DNA of 64,000 bases from Eledone cirrhosa (GCA_964016885.1 OZ024740.1:218240001-218304000); one strand, 5' to 3'. Positions 1 to 16,699 are shown, numbered from the stretch's first letter. The notes: a model not told the origin generated them from the letters alone. Translations and numbers: made by a program.

Positions 1-156
1 AAAAAAATCTCTAACCACATATTCCAGTGGTTTAAGCATAACAATTTGTTTCTGAAAAACAAATTTGTGGATGTTTTAAAACACAGAGGAAGCCTGCATG
101 TAAACAAAAAATAAAAGAAGTTTTATTCAAGCTTTGTTAGATTTCAAAACAATTTA

Positions 157-716
<560 letters not shown>

Positions 717-880
717 TGTGCGTGTACAGGGACACGCTATACGTCAGTGAAAAGGAGTCGCCAACCATGTATAAAATGGTGACAAATCATCAAAGATGAT
801 AAATTTTCTGGTTTCTTTTTTCATGTTTGACATGCCGTACTTATTCTTCTTTTTAATTTTGTTTTAAAAAAAAAAAAAGC

Positions 881-1390
<510 letters not shown>

Positions 1391-1614
1391 CCAATAAAAG
1401 AAATGATATAATAAAATTGAATGGATCCACCATCTTTGCATTTTGAAAACTTCAAACGTTGCCTTAACAGCTGTCCATAGTTTGGGATTTATAATACTAC
1501 CACTAATAATAACACTAATAATAATATTAACACCAACAACAACAACAACAACAGCAACAACTAATTGATGACAATAATGTTATGTGTACACACTCACAAC
1601 CCCCTATACACGCA

Positions 1615-1646
1615 CACATGTATATGTATATCTGTATATAAGTATA

Positions 1647-1682
<36 letters not shown>

Positions 1683-2016
1683 TGTATATATGTATGTATG
1701 TATGTATATATAGATGTATCTATGTATGTATGTATGTATATATGTATGTATGTATGTATATATGTATGTATGTATGTATGTATATATGTATGTATATATG
1801 TATATATGTATATATGTATATATGTATATATGTATGTATATATGTATATACGTATATATGTATGTATATATATGTATATATGTATATATGTATGTATATA
1901 TGTATATATGTATATACATTTTTATGTATATATGTATGTATATATGCATATATATGTTTATAATGTATATATGTATATATGTATATATAAGTATATATGT
2001 ATATAAGTATATATGT

Positions 2017-2047
<31 letters not shown>

Positions 2048-2166
2048 CATATATACATATATATATATATGCATATATGTATATATGTACATATGTATAT
2101 ATATATATATATGTATTTATGTATATATGTATATACGTATATATATGTATGTATATATGTATATAC

Positions 2167-2201
<35 letters not shown>

Positions 2202-2447
2202 TATATGTATATACGTATATATATGTATGTATATATGTATATACGTATACATATATATGTATATATGTATTTATATATGTATATACGTATATATATGTAT
2301 GTATGTATATATGTATATACGTATATATATAGATATATGTATATATATATGTATATATGTATATACGTATATATATATATGTATATACGTATATATATAT
2401 GTGTATATATGTATATATGTATATACGTATATATATATATGTGTATA
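1615..2447. repeat. (TATG)n/(TA)n compound microsatellite
   Basis: Seen directly. Confidence 0.95.
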
Positions 2448-2573
2448 TTATTGCATCAAAATAGAAATAAATGTTTAGTAAGTTGGCTCATTTAGTGCTA
2501 AAAAGATTATTTCATGGTTCACTTTGTATACTTTACAAGTGCAATGAATCACCCAGTAAAACCTATGGTGTTT

Positions 2574-2632
<59 letters not shown>

Positions 2633-2759
2633 GGTGGTGGTGGTGGTGGTGGTGGTGGTGGTGGTGGTGGTGGTGGTAGTAGTAGTGGTAGTAGTAGTAG
2701 TAGTAGCAGTAGTAGTAGTAGTAGCAGCAGCAGCAGCAATAGTAGTAGTAGTAGTGGTT

Positions 2760-2804
<45 letters not shown>

Positions 2805-2937
2805 ATAGTTGTAACAGTAGTAGGAACAGCACCATCAATCCCCTAATCAAATCCACAACCACAACCATTACTCCCACCAAAATCACCGCCGGGGCAACTA
2901 CTACTACTACTAATATTACTACTACTACTACTACTAC

Positions 2938-2983
<46 letters not shown>

Positions 2984-3099
2984 TGTTTCTACTTTAGGCA
3001 CAAGGCCAGCAATTACCCAGTGCATTACTGGTACTTTATTTTATCGACCCCGTAAGGATGAAAGGCAAAGTTAACCTTGGCGGGATTTGAACTCAGACA

Positions 3100-3171
<72 letters not shown>

Positions 3172-4100
3172 ACTACTGCTGCTGCTACTACTACTACTTC
3201 TACTACTACTACTACTCTTGCTGCGCTGCTGCACCATCACCAACAACAACACTATTACTATTACCACCACTACTAATACCACCACCACCAACAACAACAA
3301 CAAAAACCATCACCATCCCCACCATTACCACCACCACCACCACCACCAACACCACCACCATCACCATTACTACCGCCTCCACCACCACTACCACAAATCA
3401 TCAACACCAGCACCACCACCAGCACTAACATCACCACCACCACCACTAACACCACCACCACCACCACCATCACCAGCACTAACACCACCACCACCACCAC
3501 TACCACCACCACCACCATCACCACCACCACCACCAGCACTAACACCACCACCACCACCACCACCACACCACACCACCACCAGCACTAACACCACCACCAC
3601 TACCACCACTAACACCACCACCACCACCACCACCACCACCATCACCACCAGCACTAACACTACCACGACGACGACGACGACGACGACGACCACCACCACC
3701 ACCACCACCACCACCACCACCACCAGCACTAACACCACCACCACTAACACCACCACCACCACCACCATCATCACCACCACCAGCACTAACACCACCACCA
3801 CCACCACCACCACCACCACCACCAGCACTAACACCACCACCACTACCACCACTAACACCACCACCACCACCATCACCACCACCACCAGCACTAACACCAC
3901 CACCACTACCACCACTACCACCACCACCACCACCACTAACACCACCACCACCACCACCACCATCACCACCACCACCACCATCACCACCACCACCACCACC
4001 ACTACCAGCACCACCACCACCACCATCACCACCACCACCACCACCACCACCACCACCACCACCACCACCACCACCACTACCACCACCTCCACTACAACAT
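2574..4100. repeat. Trinucleotide tracts (GTA, GGT, CTA, TAA, CCA) with an embedded SINE fragment at about 2984-3097 (-)
   Basis: Seen directly. The SINE fragment has the same core as 47919-48107. Confidence 0.9.
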
Positions 4101-4326
4101 CACAGTGGTTGGTTTGCCTCTTACCTCAGACGTCTATCTGTTACAGTGAAATTACCCAGGAAGGTCAGATGTGGGATTTTTTTAAATTCAATGTTTTCAA
4201 TGTTTGAAAGGATTTAGTTCATCACGACACTCTCTGACCATATTTTTTCAAGTCTGGTAGTTATGTTATCAATCTCAACTTGTCGAACTGCTAAGTTACT
4301 GGATATAAGCACGCACGAACGCGCAC

Positions 4327-4378
<52 letters not shown>

Positions 4379-4429
4379 CACACACACTTATATATATACA
4401 CACACATATATGTATATATATAAATATAT

Positions 4430-4463
<34 letters not shown>

Positions 4464-4581
4464 GGAGGAGCCCGTCGTTTATATGCATGTATGTGTGAGT
4501 GTGTATATATATATATATATACACACACACACTCACACACACACACACTCACACATACACACACACATATATATATGTGTG

Positions 4582-4621
<40 letters not shown>

Positions 4622-4622
4622 T

Positions 4623-4662
<40 letters not shown>

Positions 4663-4765
4663 ATATATATATGTATATATATATATGTATATATATATAT
4701 ATCTGTATATATATATATATATATGTATATATATGTATATATATATATATGTATATATATATATG

Positions 4766-4797
<32 letters not shown>

Positions 4798-4871
4798 CAT
4801 ATATGTACACATATACATATATATATACATATATATATACATATAAATATACATATATATATATATAAACA

Positions 4872-4912
<41 letters not shown>

Positions 4913-4922
4913 ATATATATAT

Positions 4923-4967
<45 letters not shown>

Positions 4968-4984
4968 TATATATATATATATAT

Positions 4985-5050
<66 letters not shown>

Positions 5051-5052
5051 CA

Positions 5053-5107
<55 letters not shown>

Positions 5108-5125
5108 CACACATACATGCATATA

Positions 5126-5290
5126 AACGACGGGCTCCTACAGAGTTTCCATCAACCAAATTTCACTAATACGGCATTAGTGAACCCGCGGATATTGTAA
5201 AAGACATTTGCTGAAGGTAACTATGCTGTGGGACCTAAACCTCAACCACGTGGTTGTGAAGTGATCTACATATCCACACAGGTATGTCTG
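5126..5290 (-). mobile_element. CORE-type tRNA SINE, diverged (related copies at about 10030-10190 and 32520-32740)
   Basis: Reverse strand has a tRNA-like head with a B-box-like motif and a CORE-like CTTGGGCAAG-type segment. Confidence 0.6.
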
Positions 5291-5536
5291 TATATACACA
5301 GTAAAGTAAATTTTTTCTACATTTCCATATCAGTTAATATTTATTAACAGTATTTTAATTACGTCCGCTTTCATTCTGTATAGAGGTACCACCAGCGGCG
5401 AAGAGGTTTTCTTTCTTTGTTTTTGCCCTTTCGCCCTTCCAAGGTCGATAAAATAGGCGCCAGTCAAGTACTGTAGTCGATATTTATTGACTGATAACGA
5501 CTTCAAAAATGTTTAACCTTCTTCCTATGAGTGAAA

Positions 5537-5571
5537 TCACCACGATCATCACCACCACCACCACAACTATT

Positions 5572-5603
<32 letters not shown>

Positions 5604-5705
5604 TGCCACCCACCACCGCCAAACCACCCAGCACTCTCATCAACATTGTCGTCGTCATCGTCGGCAATATCATCATCATCATCATCATCATCATCGTCAT
5701 CATTA

Positions 5706-5747
<42 letters not shown>

Positions 5748-5904
5748 TCGTCGTCGTCGTCGTCGGCATCATCATCATCACCACCACCACCATCATCATC
5801 ATCAACATCATCATCGTCATCATCATTATCAACATCATCCTCATCATTATCAACATCATCATCGTCATCATCATCATCGTCACCGTCATCGTCGTCATCG
5901 TCGG

Positions 5905-5951
<47 letters not shown>

Positions 5952-6000
5952 CCACCACCACCACCATCAACACCGTCGTCGTCGCCATCATCATCATCGC
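5537..6000. repeat. (CAT)n/(CGT)n/(CAC)n tract
   Basis: Seen directly. Confidence 0.95.
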
Positions 6001-6084
6001 TATTATTTCTTCTATTTTCTCAGCACTTTAATGTTTCTCTACCAATGATTGCATGTCTAAATATCAATCTGTCTGTAGCAGCAT

Positions 6085-6310
6085 TAGGTATCTATCACCG
6101 TTTTTAGGGCTCTTGTCGTGTCGAGGAAACAACTTTTCAATCATTTTTCAGTAACGTCGGGAAATTCACTTCTATATCCAACATCTTCAGCTAAACATTC
6201 AAACGTCTTACCACAGTCTTCAAGGATTGTTACAAATGGGAGGAAAACTTTGCGGCAATTCCAGATTCTTTGTATTTCATATTTTAGGTCGTAGTATTTT
6301 TCTATGAAAA
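6085..6310 (-). pseudogene. 3' end remnant of an R4/Dong-like non-LTR retrotransposon (REL endonuclease C-terminus)
   Basis: IEKYYDLKYEIQRIWNCRKV followed by CFLDTTRALKTVIDT* resembles the KIEKYQDLK..I.RLW / ALLGTARILRKVL terminus of R4/Dong elements. Confidence 0.55.
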
Positions 6311-7119
6311 ATGAAATGTAATTAAGAGTTGTCAATATTGATTTAGAAATCTTAATGAGCCCAGAAAACCACAAGGGTGATTACTGAGCTATACCCCGTC
6401 ATGGGTGCAGAAACTTAAGAAATGAAATTAGTTGTGCCGGGTAGTAAATCCAGCTTCTACACTTGTGAAGGAGTCACTTAAGGACTTTCAACTCTAGGGA
6501 ATGAGAAAGAGATAGAATGGGTGAGGAGAGAGATAAGAGAGAATGTGGGAGAGAAAAGAGGGAGAACGATGGTGAAAAAAGAGAAGAGAGATAGAGATAG
6601 AAAGCGGAGAGAAAAGAAGGAGGGTGAGAGAAAAAAGAGAGATGGTGAGAGAGAAAAGAGGCAGAACGAGAGAGGGTAAAAGAGAGTGGAAAATAGAGAG
6701 GAATGGCAAGATAGAAAGGCAAGATGGGGAAGAGAGAGAAAAGGGAGAAGAAGAGAGATAAAAGTGAGAGGAAGAGAGAGAAAAGTTGGAGAGAGAGAGA
6801 AATGAAGGAGAGAAAGAGAGAAGAGAGTAAATGGTAGACAGCATAAGAACTAGCAATAATGGCAGCAGATCCTGGAAGTTGATGTTCCAGTACCACTATC
6901 AATCAAAGGTCCGTCAGAAATAATGTTTCCCCCTCGTTTTCCTGGGGTCGATAAAATAAAGCACCCCTAAGTATTCGGGTCAATATAATTGATTTAACCG
7001 TCGTTAGAAATTTGAGGCCTTATTTTTATGTGGAAAATTCACATTTACTGTTGCTGCTGCTGTTGTTGTTGTTATTCTTTTTCTTTATGCCCAGGTAAAC
7101 TTTAATTGCAGACATATTA

Positions 7120-7310
7120 ATTTCTACTATAGGCACAAGACCAGCAATTTTGGAGGGAGGGGAAGGTCGATTAAATTGACCCCAGTGCATTAGTGGTACT
7201 TTATTTTATCGACCCCGTAAGGATAAAAGGCAAAGTTAACCTCGGCGTGATTTGAACTCAGATCATATAGGGGCGTAACTTTATGCTGCAAAGCATGGGG
7301 TCCGAATTGC
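7120..7310 (-). mobile_element. Nin/Deu-domain tRNA SINE
   Basis: Reverse strand has a GAGTTCAAATC B-box and the GCCTTT.ATCCTTACGGGGTCGATAAAATAAAGTACC core. Confidence 0.8.
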
Positions 7311-7429
7311 AGACATATAATCAAACACAGTCTTTCTATGAGGGACTAAGTTTACATAACCTAAATATATGCTTCCATGTTTAAAATAAAGTGGTGTCGT
7401 TCGATTCCTTTGATTATATTTGCTATGGG

Positions 7430-7657
7430 TATGTGGTTGGAATATCTCAGGAAAGAATCGCTAGATAGATTTTATGAGAAAAACCAATTGGCACGAGGCC
7501 CAGGGGCAGAACCAGAGGCGAACTTAACTGGTCTCGCTTGGACTTCCAACCGGATCAGATGAAAACGGTTGCTTCTGTTATGACCCGCCGGAAGGAGTGT
7601 TTCAGGACTCTGCCCTCACGACCATCTTAGGAATAAATGGGTGAAGAAGAAGAAGAC
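7430..7657 (+). mobile_element. RTE-clade LINE 3' end remnant with (GAA)n tail
   Basis: RPRGR-type C-terminal motif. The 3' end resembles the reverse complement of 42335-42390. Confidence 0.5.
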
Positions 7658-7811
7658 TATATTTGCTGCTGTTGCAGCTGCTACTGCTGTTGTTGTTGCT
7701 GACGTTGCTGCTGCTGCTGTGGCTGTTGTTGTTTAGCCCCGGGCCAACTTTAATTGCACGCCTATGATCAAAAACATTTATTCTAGATGTATCTAGAACT
7801 ACTTGATACTA

Positions 7812-9693
7812 CCGTGTTTCCCCGATTATAAGCCATGGCTTATATTAATTTTTACTCCGAAATGTACCACTACGGCTTATTTTCGGGGGAGGGGGTTCAT
7901 ATCCCGAAAACACGACACTACGAAATTGAAAATTACAAATTCGCTAAATGATTGGAAATTACGAAAAAAAACAATCGGCATTTACGCGCAACGTTTACTT
8001 GAAAGATCAAATTTATAAAAAAATTAACACACCCTTTAATTCAACATGAGCGATATAATCCACTAATTTATTCAAAAAAATCATGTCATCCTGCTCTGGA
8101 ATGTCATTGTTTTCCAAATCAGTGGATTCAATGATTCCTGTGAAATTTTCTTGTGACTCAATTAATTGCCTGCAGAATTTTCGTCCTTAGTCTTTCGTGT
8201 TGAGCGATAGAGGTCAAATTGAATGGAGAGTTCTTATCCAGATAGCCTACTCATAGCTATCTGTGATTTTGTTCCATGAATTTCCCACCCAAGTCACGAT
8301 CTCTTGAAGGCTGGGCTTCACGAAATTTCCCCGCTCATTTCTCGCCATTCTGTTTTCGATGTAGTCATTTATTTCCATGCGCAGATGGTCCTTGAATGGT
8401 TTATTCAGTGCGATGTCAAGAGTCTGGAGATAGGCGGTCATTCCTGCGGGAATCATGATTTGATCGATTCTTCTTTCTGCAAGAAAGTTCTTCATATCTT
8501 TGGTGCGGTGCGTGGTGGCTGAATCCCAGACTATGAGACCTCTTTGTGTTACACGCAAAATCAATGGCAGCATGAAATCGACCCACTTCCTTAAAACTGC
8601 CTGTGTGCACCACGCCTTTTCAGTTTCCAGAACACAGATACCTGAAACACGTTCAATTTTATCTTTCTTGCCTTTAGTGATGATAAGAGGTGGAGCTTTG
8701 CTTCCGCCGAGACGAATTGCCAAGATACACGTAACTCGTGCACTTTCGTAATCAGTGGATGGAATGTAAATCGACGACGCACCCCTTTGATCAATTGTAG
8801 ATTGAGAGCTTTGACCCATGAATACTGCTGTTTCATCCATAGCAATCATGTTGGAGAGACGGTAGTTAGAAAAGTCTATCCCATCAACAAAAGACCTAAA
8901 TGCCAGTGCACGTTTAATAATCTCAGTATCGTCCAGTTTGAACAGTGTTGTAGATCTCAGAGAAAATTCGTGTCGCTGCAAGAAATTATCCAGCCAGTGT
9001 TTGGATGCTTTGAATTCTTCTGGAACTATACCAAACTCTAGTGCATTTGTAAGAGCAAATGTTTGTGAATAACCAAAGCTCTGGCTCTTCTTTCATCAAT
9101 CCATTCACAGATGGCGTCTTCCAGCTCAAGAAATATCGGTTGTCGACCAGATCCACGCTTACGCTTCTTTGCATTTCCCTCGTCCATGTCCTGACTGAGT
9201 TTATCGTAGTCCATTCTCCATCTTTGAACCATTCGGAGATCCAGATTCTTTTCTTTGCAGAAAATAGTAAGATTCTTGCCCAGTGATTCCTCCACAATTC
9301 CTTTCTTGTACTCGGCTGTACTTGTCTAGGGCTGAAAATGATCTTCTCCCCTGAAGCTACTGATAAGCCATTACTTCCGGTTTGTACCCGCATTTGCATA
9401 AACAATACTGATTGCACGCACTTCCCCCTTTCCTTTCGTTAATTTCATTATCGATTTTTTCATTTCCGCGCATTCCACAAACTTCTTATACACCCGCTTA
9501 TCAGTTAGTTTACATTAAGATACAATCCTGTTCTATAATGGCTGATAGCGCCAAATTTCATAGCTGGCCATTTGTTTCTTTTGGCGTTCATTTTTGCTAC
9601 GGCTTATTTTCGGGACATGGCTTATATTAAATCCATCCTGAAATATAGTGCTACGACTTATTTTCGGGGGTGGCTTATATGGGGGAAACACGG
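7812..9693 (-). mobile_element. pogo-superfamily DNA transposon (DD35D, Passer-like), 1.88 kb
   Basis: TIRs CCGTGTTTCCCC / GGGGAAACACGG, TA duplication at 7810-7811 and 9694-9695, and repeated subterminal GGCTTAT(T)TTTCGGG motifs. Confidence 0.92.
8247..9311 (-). pseudogene. Disrupted pogo transposase (Brinker-like/CENP-B HTH plus DDE_1)
   Basis: ORFs 9038-9295 (GSGRQP..ELED.ICEWI) and 8247-8981 (MDET, VWDS, QTLD..LNKPFK). There are 35 residues between the 2nd and 3rd Asp. Split across frames. Confidence 0.9.
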
Positions 9694-10755
9694 TATGTAT
9701 CTTTCATTGTATAAGATGATGTGATTTGAGGAATATGTGTTTGCTATTCCTAACAGGTCGAATAACCATGTAGATGACCTTTTACTGGCACGGGAAAATA
9801 TTCGTATAAGTCAACGTTATCTTTCATCCCTACATGATCGTTAAAATGATGGATCCTCCGTCGATTTCGACGATAAATATTCAGTTGTTCGATCGACTAA
9901 ACGTCCATTTCGTGTAAGTGGTTGAGTATTCCATATACATTTAGAGTATGCCATAGAATAATTCCCAATTCGAATTAGCGTGACAGAATATGACAAACCT
10001 GACTTTTGAATTACATTTATAATCCAACCGACGGATTTCTACAAGATTTCCGTCTATGCAATTTACTCAACAAAGCTCGGTTCCACCCGAGGTCACGATA
10101 AAGTCATTTGTTCAAGAGGCCATGCAGTGAGATCGAACCTGAATTCTCAAGATTTCGAAGCGAATTTCTTTACCACTCAACTATGCTTGTGTCCAATCAA
10201 CAAAACAAATAGCAGCCAAATACTGGTATCGAGTTCATTGAAATTGCCTCTGTCCGCAACTTGGTGGCCTTGCGCCTAAATTGATTTCCAATTTAGACAC
10301 AAGATCAAAAAACCTAGGGGCCAGGTAAGGTTGATTAAATCAACCCCAGCACATGACTGGTACATTATTTATCGAACCCGGAAGAATAAAAACAAAGTTG
10401 ACCACGATGGGATTTGAACTCAGAATGTAAAGAGTCAGAACAAATACGACAATGACAATTTTATCCAGTTTCTCTAGAGATTTGTCCCAATTCCCCACCA
10501 GAAAGCAATAATATGTGTACAAGATGATTGTATAACAGAAATCCTAGTGTCACTTCACTACGAATGTGTGACATTGTGCCAGTGTCAAAAGCAGAGAAAA
10601 ATAATCAATACATACTTTACGTACGTCAATCATCCTCTCGAGAATGTTATGAATAATTCAATTATCTATCTATTCCTCCAGTATATCCTACCATTTTCCT
10701 ATTTCCTGAGAAATAGAGATTGCCTCTTTGGGAAACCAACCTCAAATTAATTAAT

Positions 10756-10887
<132 letters not shown>

Positions 10888-10905
10888 TATAAATATGTAT
10901 GTATG

Positions 10906-10936
<31 letters not shown>

Positions 10937-10979
10937 ATTTATATATATAGGATTGTACATGTGTTTATGTATGCATATG

Positions 10980-11021
<42 letters not shown>

Positions 11022-11102
11022 ATATATATATGTATATATATATATTTATATACGTTTGTGTGTGTATATGTCTACATATATATAGACACACACACACACA
11101 TA

Positions 11103-11161
<59 letters not shown>

Positions 11162-11537
11162 CATACATGCATAAATATGTACATATATGCACATATACAT
11201 GTGTGTGTGCCTGTGTATGTACGCGTGTGTGTGTGTGTGGCTATGTGTGTATGAAAGCATGTATAATATTTACATGTGTGCGGGTGTACATATACATATA
11301 TGGATGAAGAGAGAGTGAGAGGGGATGTCCTGACGTCTTTCTATTTAATCAGGTACTAGGTAAATATTTTTTTAAAATCTGTCAGTACATTCTGTACGGA
11401 CTCCTCCCACCATCTCTCGCCCTCTCTCCCTCTCTGTCACTCACTGTCTATACAGCACAATACATATACACACATGCGTACACACACACACACAGATATA
11501 TATATATATATATATGTGTGTGTGTCTGTGTGTGTAA

Positions 11538-11572
<35 letters not shown>

Positions 11573-11575
11573 AAT

Positions 11576-11645
<70 letters not shown>

Positions 11646-11663
11646 GTATATATATATATATAC

Positions 11664-11713
<50 letters not shown>

Positions 11714-11715
11714 TT

Positions 11716-12092
<377 letters not shown>

Positions 12093-13033
12093 ATATATAT
12101 ATTTGTTTGTGTGTGTGTGTGTGCGTATTATACCTATATATACATGTATTTATGTATGTATGTATGTATGTTTGAGTCTGTATTGAAGAAGAAACTGTCG
12201 ATATTTTCAAGAATTATCTTGAGCGTCAATGATGCCAAAGGATTAATTTCGTTGGCTATAAGAGTTTTGAACTCATTTTCCATCGATCTGTAGACAGAAT
12301 TTAATGGCAGAGGTCCTTGTAAAATTAATCAATCTGATCAATATTTGGTCAAATAGATTTACTCTATCACTCACTGTACCTACTAGTTCGATTATCTGTA
12401 CTTAATCGAATGTTTCGACTTTTGCCGTATTGAACGGCAGTCCATTTAATCTGATCGATTATCCAATCCCAAATAGAGAAAAGACAAGTTCACTGACTAG
12501 TTTGGTGAAATCAATCAATTCGTACCGATAGAGTACATCAGTCCAACCAATTAAATACATATGTTTCATCTCACATCTTACTTCATATTGTCTGTATCTA
12601 TGCAAGAGCAGGCTAATCTAGAAACCTCTTAGCAATATGCACTTGATTACACCTGCACTAGATGCAAGAGGTCCAAGTCGCTGCCCCTGTCGTAATCTGT
12701 CATTAGTATTTCGATTATTGCACGTTACCAATCAATACTAGACAAAATCGATAATATATTTTTTGATCTATGGTATCTTTTATTTTAAACACAAGTATTG
12801 CATAATAGATGGCTGAAATTGACCAGTGAAAACAATGACTACACTATAATAGGTTGTAGTTTATAATTTATATTGAGCCGGAGGTTTTAGCTTAGTTTCA
12901 AAACAGCAAACTAAAGACATTATGAGTATTATCGTATTCTCGTGTACAAGGATGTGGTTTCAACAATGGAGACTGGTATTCCTGTTAATTGTTTATAGTG
13001 AGAATGAGGTTGTTTCTTCTTCGCGATGTTCCG

Positions 13034-13068
<35 letters not shown>

Positions 13069-13071
<3 letters not shown>

Positions 13072-13244
13072 GGTGTCCCCAAAATGTATACACACGTGAA
13101 CAGCATTCTAATCAAAGTGTGTATACATTTTGGGGGACACACTGTATATATATATATATATATATATATACAGGGTGTCCCCCAAAATGTATATACACGT
13201 GAAGAGCATTCTAATCAAAGTGTGTATACATTTTTGGGGACACA

Positions 13245-13314
<70 letters not shown>

Positions 13315-13579
13315 GGTGTCCCCCAAAATGTATACACACGTGAACAGCATTCTAATCAAAGTGTGTATACATTTTTGGGGACACACTGTATATATATATA
13401 TATATATATACAGGGTGTCCCGCAAAAATGTATACACACGTCAACAGCATTCTATTCAAAGTGTGTATACATTTTTGGGGACACACTGTATATATATATA
13501 TATACAGGGTGCCCCGCAAAAATGTATACACACGTCAATAGCATTCTAATCAAAGTGTGTATACATGTTTGGGGACACA

Positions 13580-13582
<3 letters not shown>
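13069..13582 (+). mobile_element. Array of five 76-78 bp Tc1/mariner-type MITEs separated by (TA)n
   Basis: Units at 13069-13144, 13171-13247, 13312-13388, 13411-13488 and 13505-13582. TIR of about 27 bp (CAGGGTGTCCCCAAAATGTATACACAC), about 22 bp interior, TA flanks. Confidence 0.85.
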
Positions 13583-13636
<54 letters not shown>

Positions 13637-13874
13637 TGTAATAAACAACACAATATATTAATCTATTACCCAAGGTTTCACGAAGTTTGACGATTCTAAC
13701 AGAAACGTCTGTAATTTATATATAAAATAGGAGACGTGTTGGCAGAGTGGTTAGAGCATTGGGCAAAATGCCTTGCCGGAATAGTCCTGGTTCCCTGCCT
13801 ATTGAGTCTCCTGCTTCGAAACGCCTGTGAAGCTCATTGGCACTGTTCCTTCCTCCAGACATAACAAATAATGA

Positions 13875-14086
13875 TTTCTGGTGTAGGCACAAGGCCAGCA
13901 ATTTGGGGTGAGGGGAAAGTCGATTAAATCGACTTCAATGCATTACTGGTGCTTTATTTTATCGATCCCGTAAGGATGAAAGGCAAAGTTAACCTCGGCG
14001 GGATTTGAACACAGACCGTAAAGGGCTATAACTCTATGCTGCAAAGCATGGTGTCTGACGTTCTACCGATACTACCAATCCACCAA
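13875..14086 (-). mobile_element. Nin/Deu-domain tRNA SINE
   Basis: Full head, core and tail match 47919-48107. Confidence 0.85.
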
Positions 14087-14662
14087 AACGGAAAACATAC
14101 ATCGACTTTGACTGTCATCCTTTGTTTTAGAGTATCATTCATTGACGAGTATCATTCAATTTCTCACTTAATCATACGGGTCATATTTTGTTTTAACTAT
14201 ATACAGCCTTTAATCCTTTATATTTAAGACAGCTGCATCTATGTTTTCGAAATTAAAGGAAACTCTTCGAGCAACATGTGCTCAGCTACCGACTTGAAAC
14301 ATTGCTATTGCTATTTTATTTTAAATTTATACGTTCGATAAGAGTAATGGAATGGTAAAAAATATATATATATTTATTTAAAATGTACGCACAACGTCAA
14401 AATAATTGTGCAAAAATATTGTTTACGTTTGTCCGTGCTAAAATATGAACTTCCCTCCCTAAATATGTATGTAAAAACTAAAAATTATTTTTCTCCATCT
14501 TATTATTCTTATTAATATTCAATTTAACTGCACTATACACTTCCGTCGTTGAAAAAGCATATAAAGCTGAAACCGGTGCACAATTAAATGCGGAAATACC
14601 TACTTTGTAAATAAATCCCTCTAGCATTTTCTACTGTATTTTTTTTCCTTTTTACTATTTGT

Positions 14663-14700
<38 letters not shown>

Positions 14701-15286
14701 TCTATCAATTCCGTTAATAGGCTGTCATGAGCTGTTACTTTATTTCATCGCCCCAGTGTCATTTTCCCTCCTCATCTGACTACGGTACACTCTATAGCAT
14801 TACGCAAGTTCACCATGTGGTTGTAGAGAACAGACACAGTTTCTACTGCTCCCCCAGTGTAGTTAGAGGGGGGGACATAGCCGTAAAGATCATGAAACAA
14901 GAAACTGAAACGTAGAACTTATGTTCAAGTTGTTTTAACGATACTTCTCTTACGAAGTTCCGCTGAAAACCTCCTAGGCTGACTGTGAAGGAGGGATGCT
15001 AGGTCTGTGAAATCTTGCATGTATTAATTGAAACTCTTCTTACAGCATTGTATCTTTCCAAGGACCATGTTGAAATATAAACCTCATTTGGTAATTCCAT
15101 GAGAATATTTTGGTCAGTCTATGAGCTTTTCAGTCAACAGTGTTATAAGAACTTTCTAGTTTAAGAAAGGAAGAAGTGAAATATCTGATTGAAATACACA
15201 TTATATCATACATACCTCTGCAAACAGTAGATTCACATTTATTTTCAGTCCTCACTTTCGAACTCTTAGGGTATAGGGTTTCATAC

Positions 15287-15331
<45 letters not shown>

Positions 15332-15394
15332 ACACACACACACACATATATATACACACGCATGAAACATGCACACACACATATATATATATAA

Positions 15395-15443
<49 letters not shown>

Positions 15444-15475
15444 TATATACATATATATATATATGTATATATGTG

Positions 15476-15506
<31 letters not shown>

Positions 15507-15549
15507 GTGTGTGTGTATGTGTATATATATATATATATTTGTGTGTGTG

Positions 15550-15630
<81 letters not shown>

Positions 15631-15652
15631 AGAGAGAGACATGGGATGCACT

Positions 15653-15701
<49 letters not shown>

Positions 15702-15968
15702 TGAGCATTAATTATTTCCCTGCTGAAATCATTTTAAAAAGTTAAGGGTAAAAGGGAAATAACACTGCCGCCGGAAGGAAGGGGAAAAAGGGAGAAAAAT
15801 GATACTTCAAATGACAGGAAATAACGATAAATCTAAATCACGGGATATACATGTAAGATGCTGCTCACCATCTTTAAATATATTTGAACAGAAATTTTGA
15901 TGAAACCTTGCTATGACAACATAACTGCATGCCAGATGTTGGTTTTGATCTTAAACAGAGCAATATAC

Positions 15969-16241
<273 letters not shown>

Positions 16242-16244
<3 letters not shown>

Positions 16245-16470
16245 GTATTTTTGTCTAAAAGAATTTTAGTCTGATAATGGGGTTTAGAACCCTCAGATAA
16301 ATGGAAAAAGATGAGAATTGACGTACATGTACGTCAATACTCATCTTTTTCCATTTATCTGAGGGTTCTAAACCCCATTATCAGGCTAAAATTCCTTTAG
16401 TCAAAAATACGGTGAAAGCTATTCTATTTTCTAATTTCAAACCTGCTCACTGTTTCAAAACATACTTACT
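16242..16470. repeat. Fold-back insert in (TA)n
   Basis: Palindrome centred on GACGTACATGTACGTC at about 16328. Confidence 0.9.
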
Positions 16471-16472
16471 TG

Positions 16473-16552
<80 letters not shown>

Positions 16553-16614
16553 CATATATATACATATATACATATATATATGTATATATATGTATATATA
16601 TATATATATGTATA

Positions 16615-16699
<85 letters not shown>

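Noticed and set aside
12180-12840. Unique island as coding sequence
   Set aside because: Only short open frames and no recognisable homology.
13069-13582. CRISPR array
   Set aside because: Eukaryotic context, (TA)n-only spacers, units are TIR pairs, and no cas genes.
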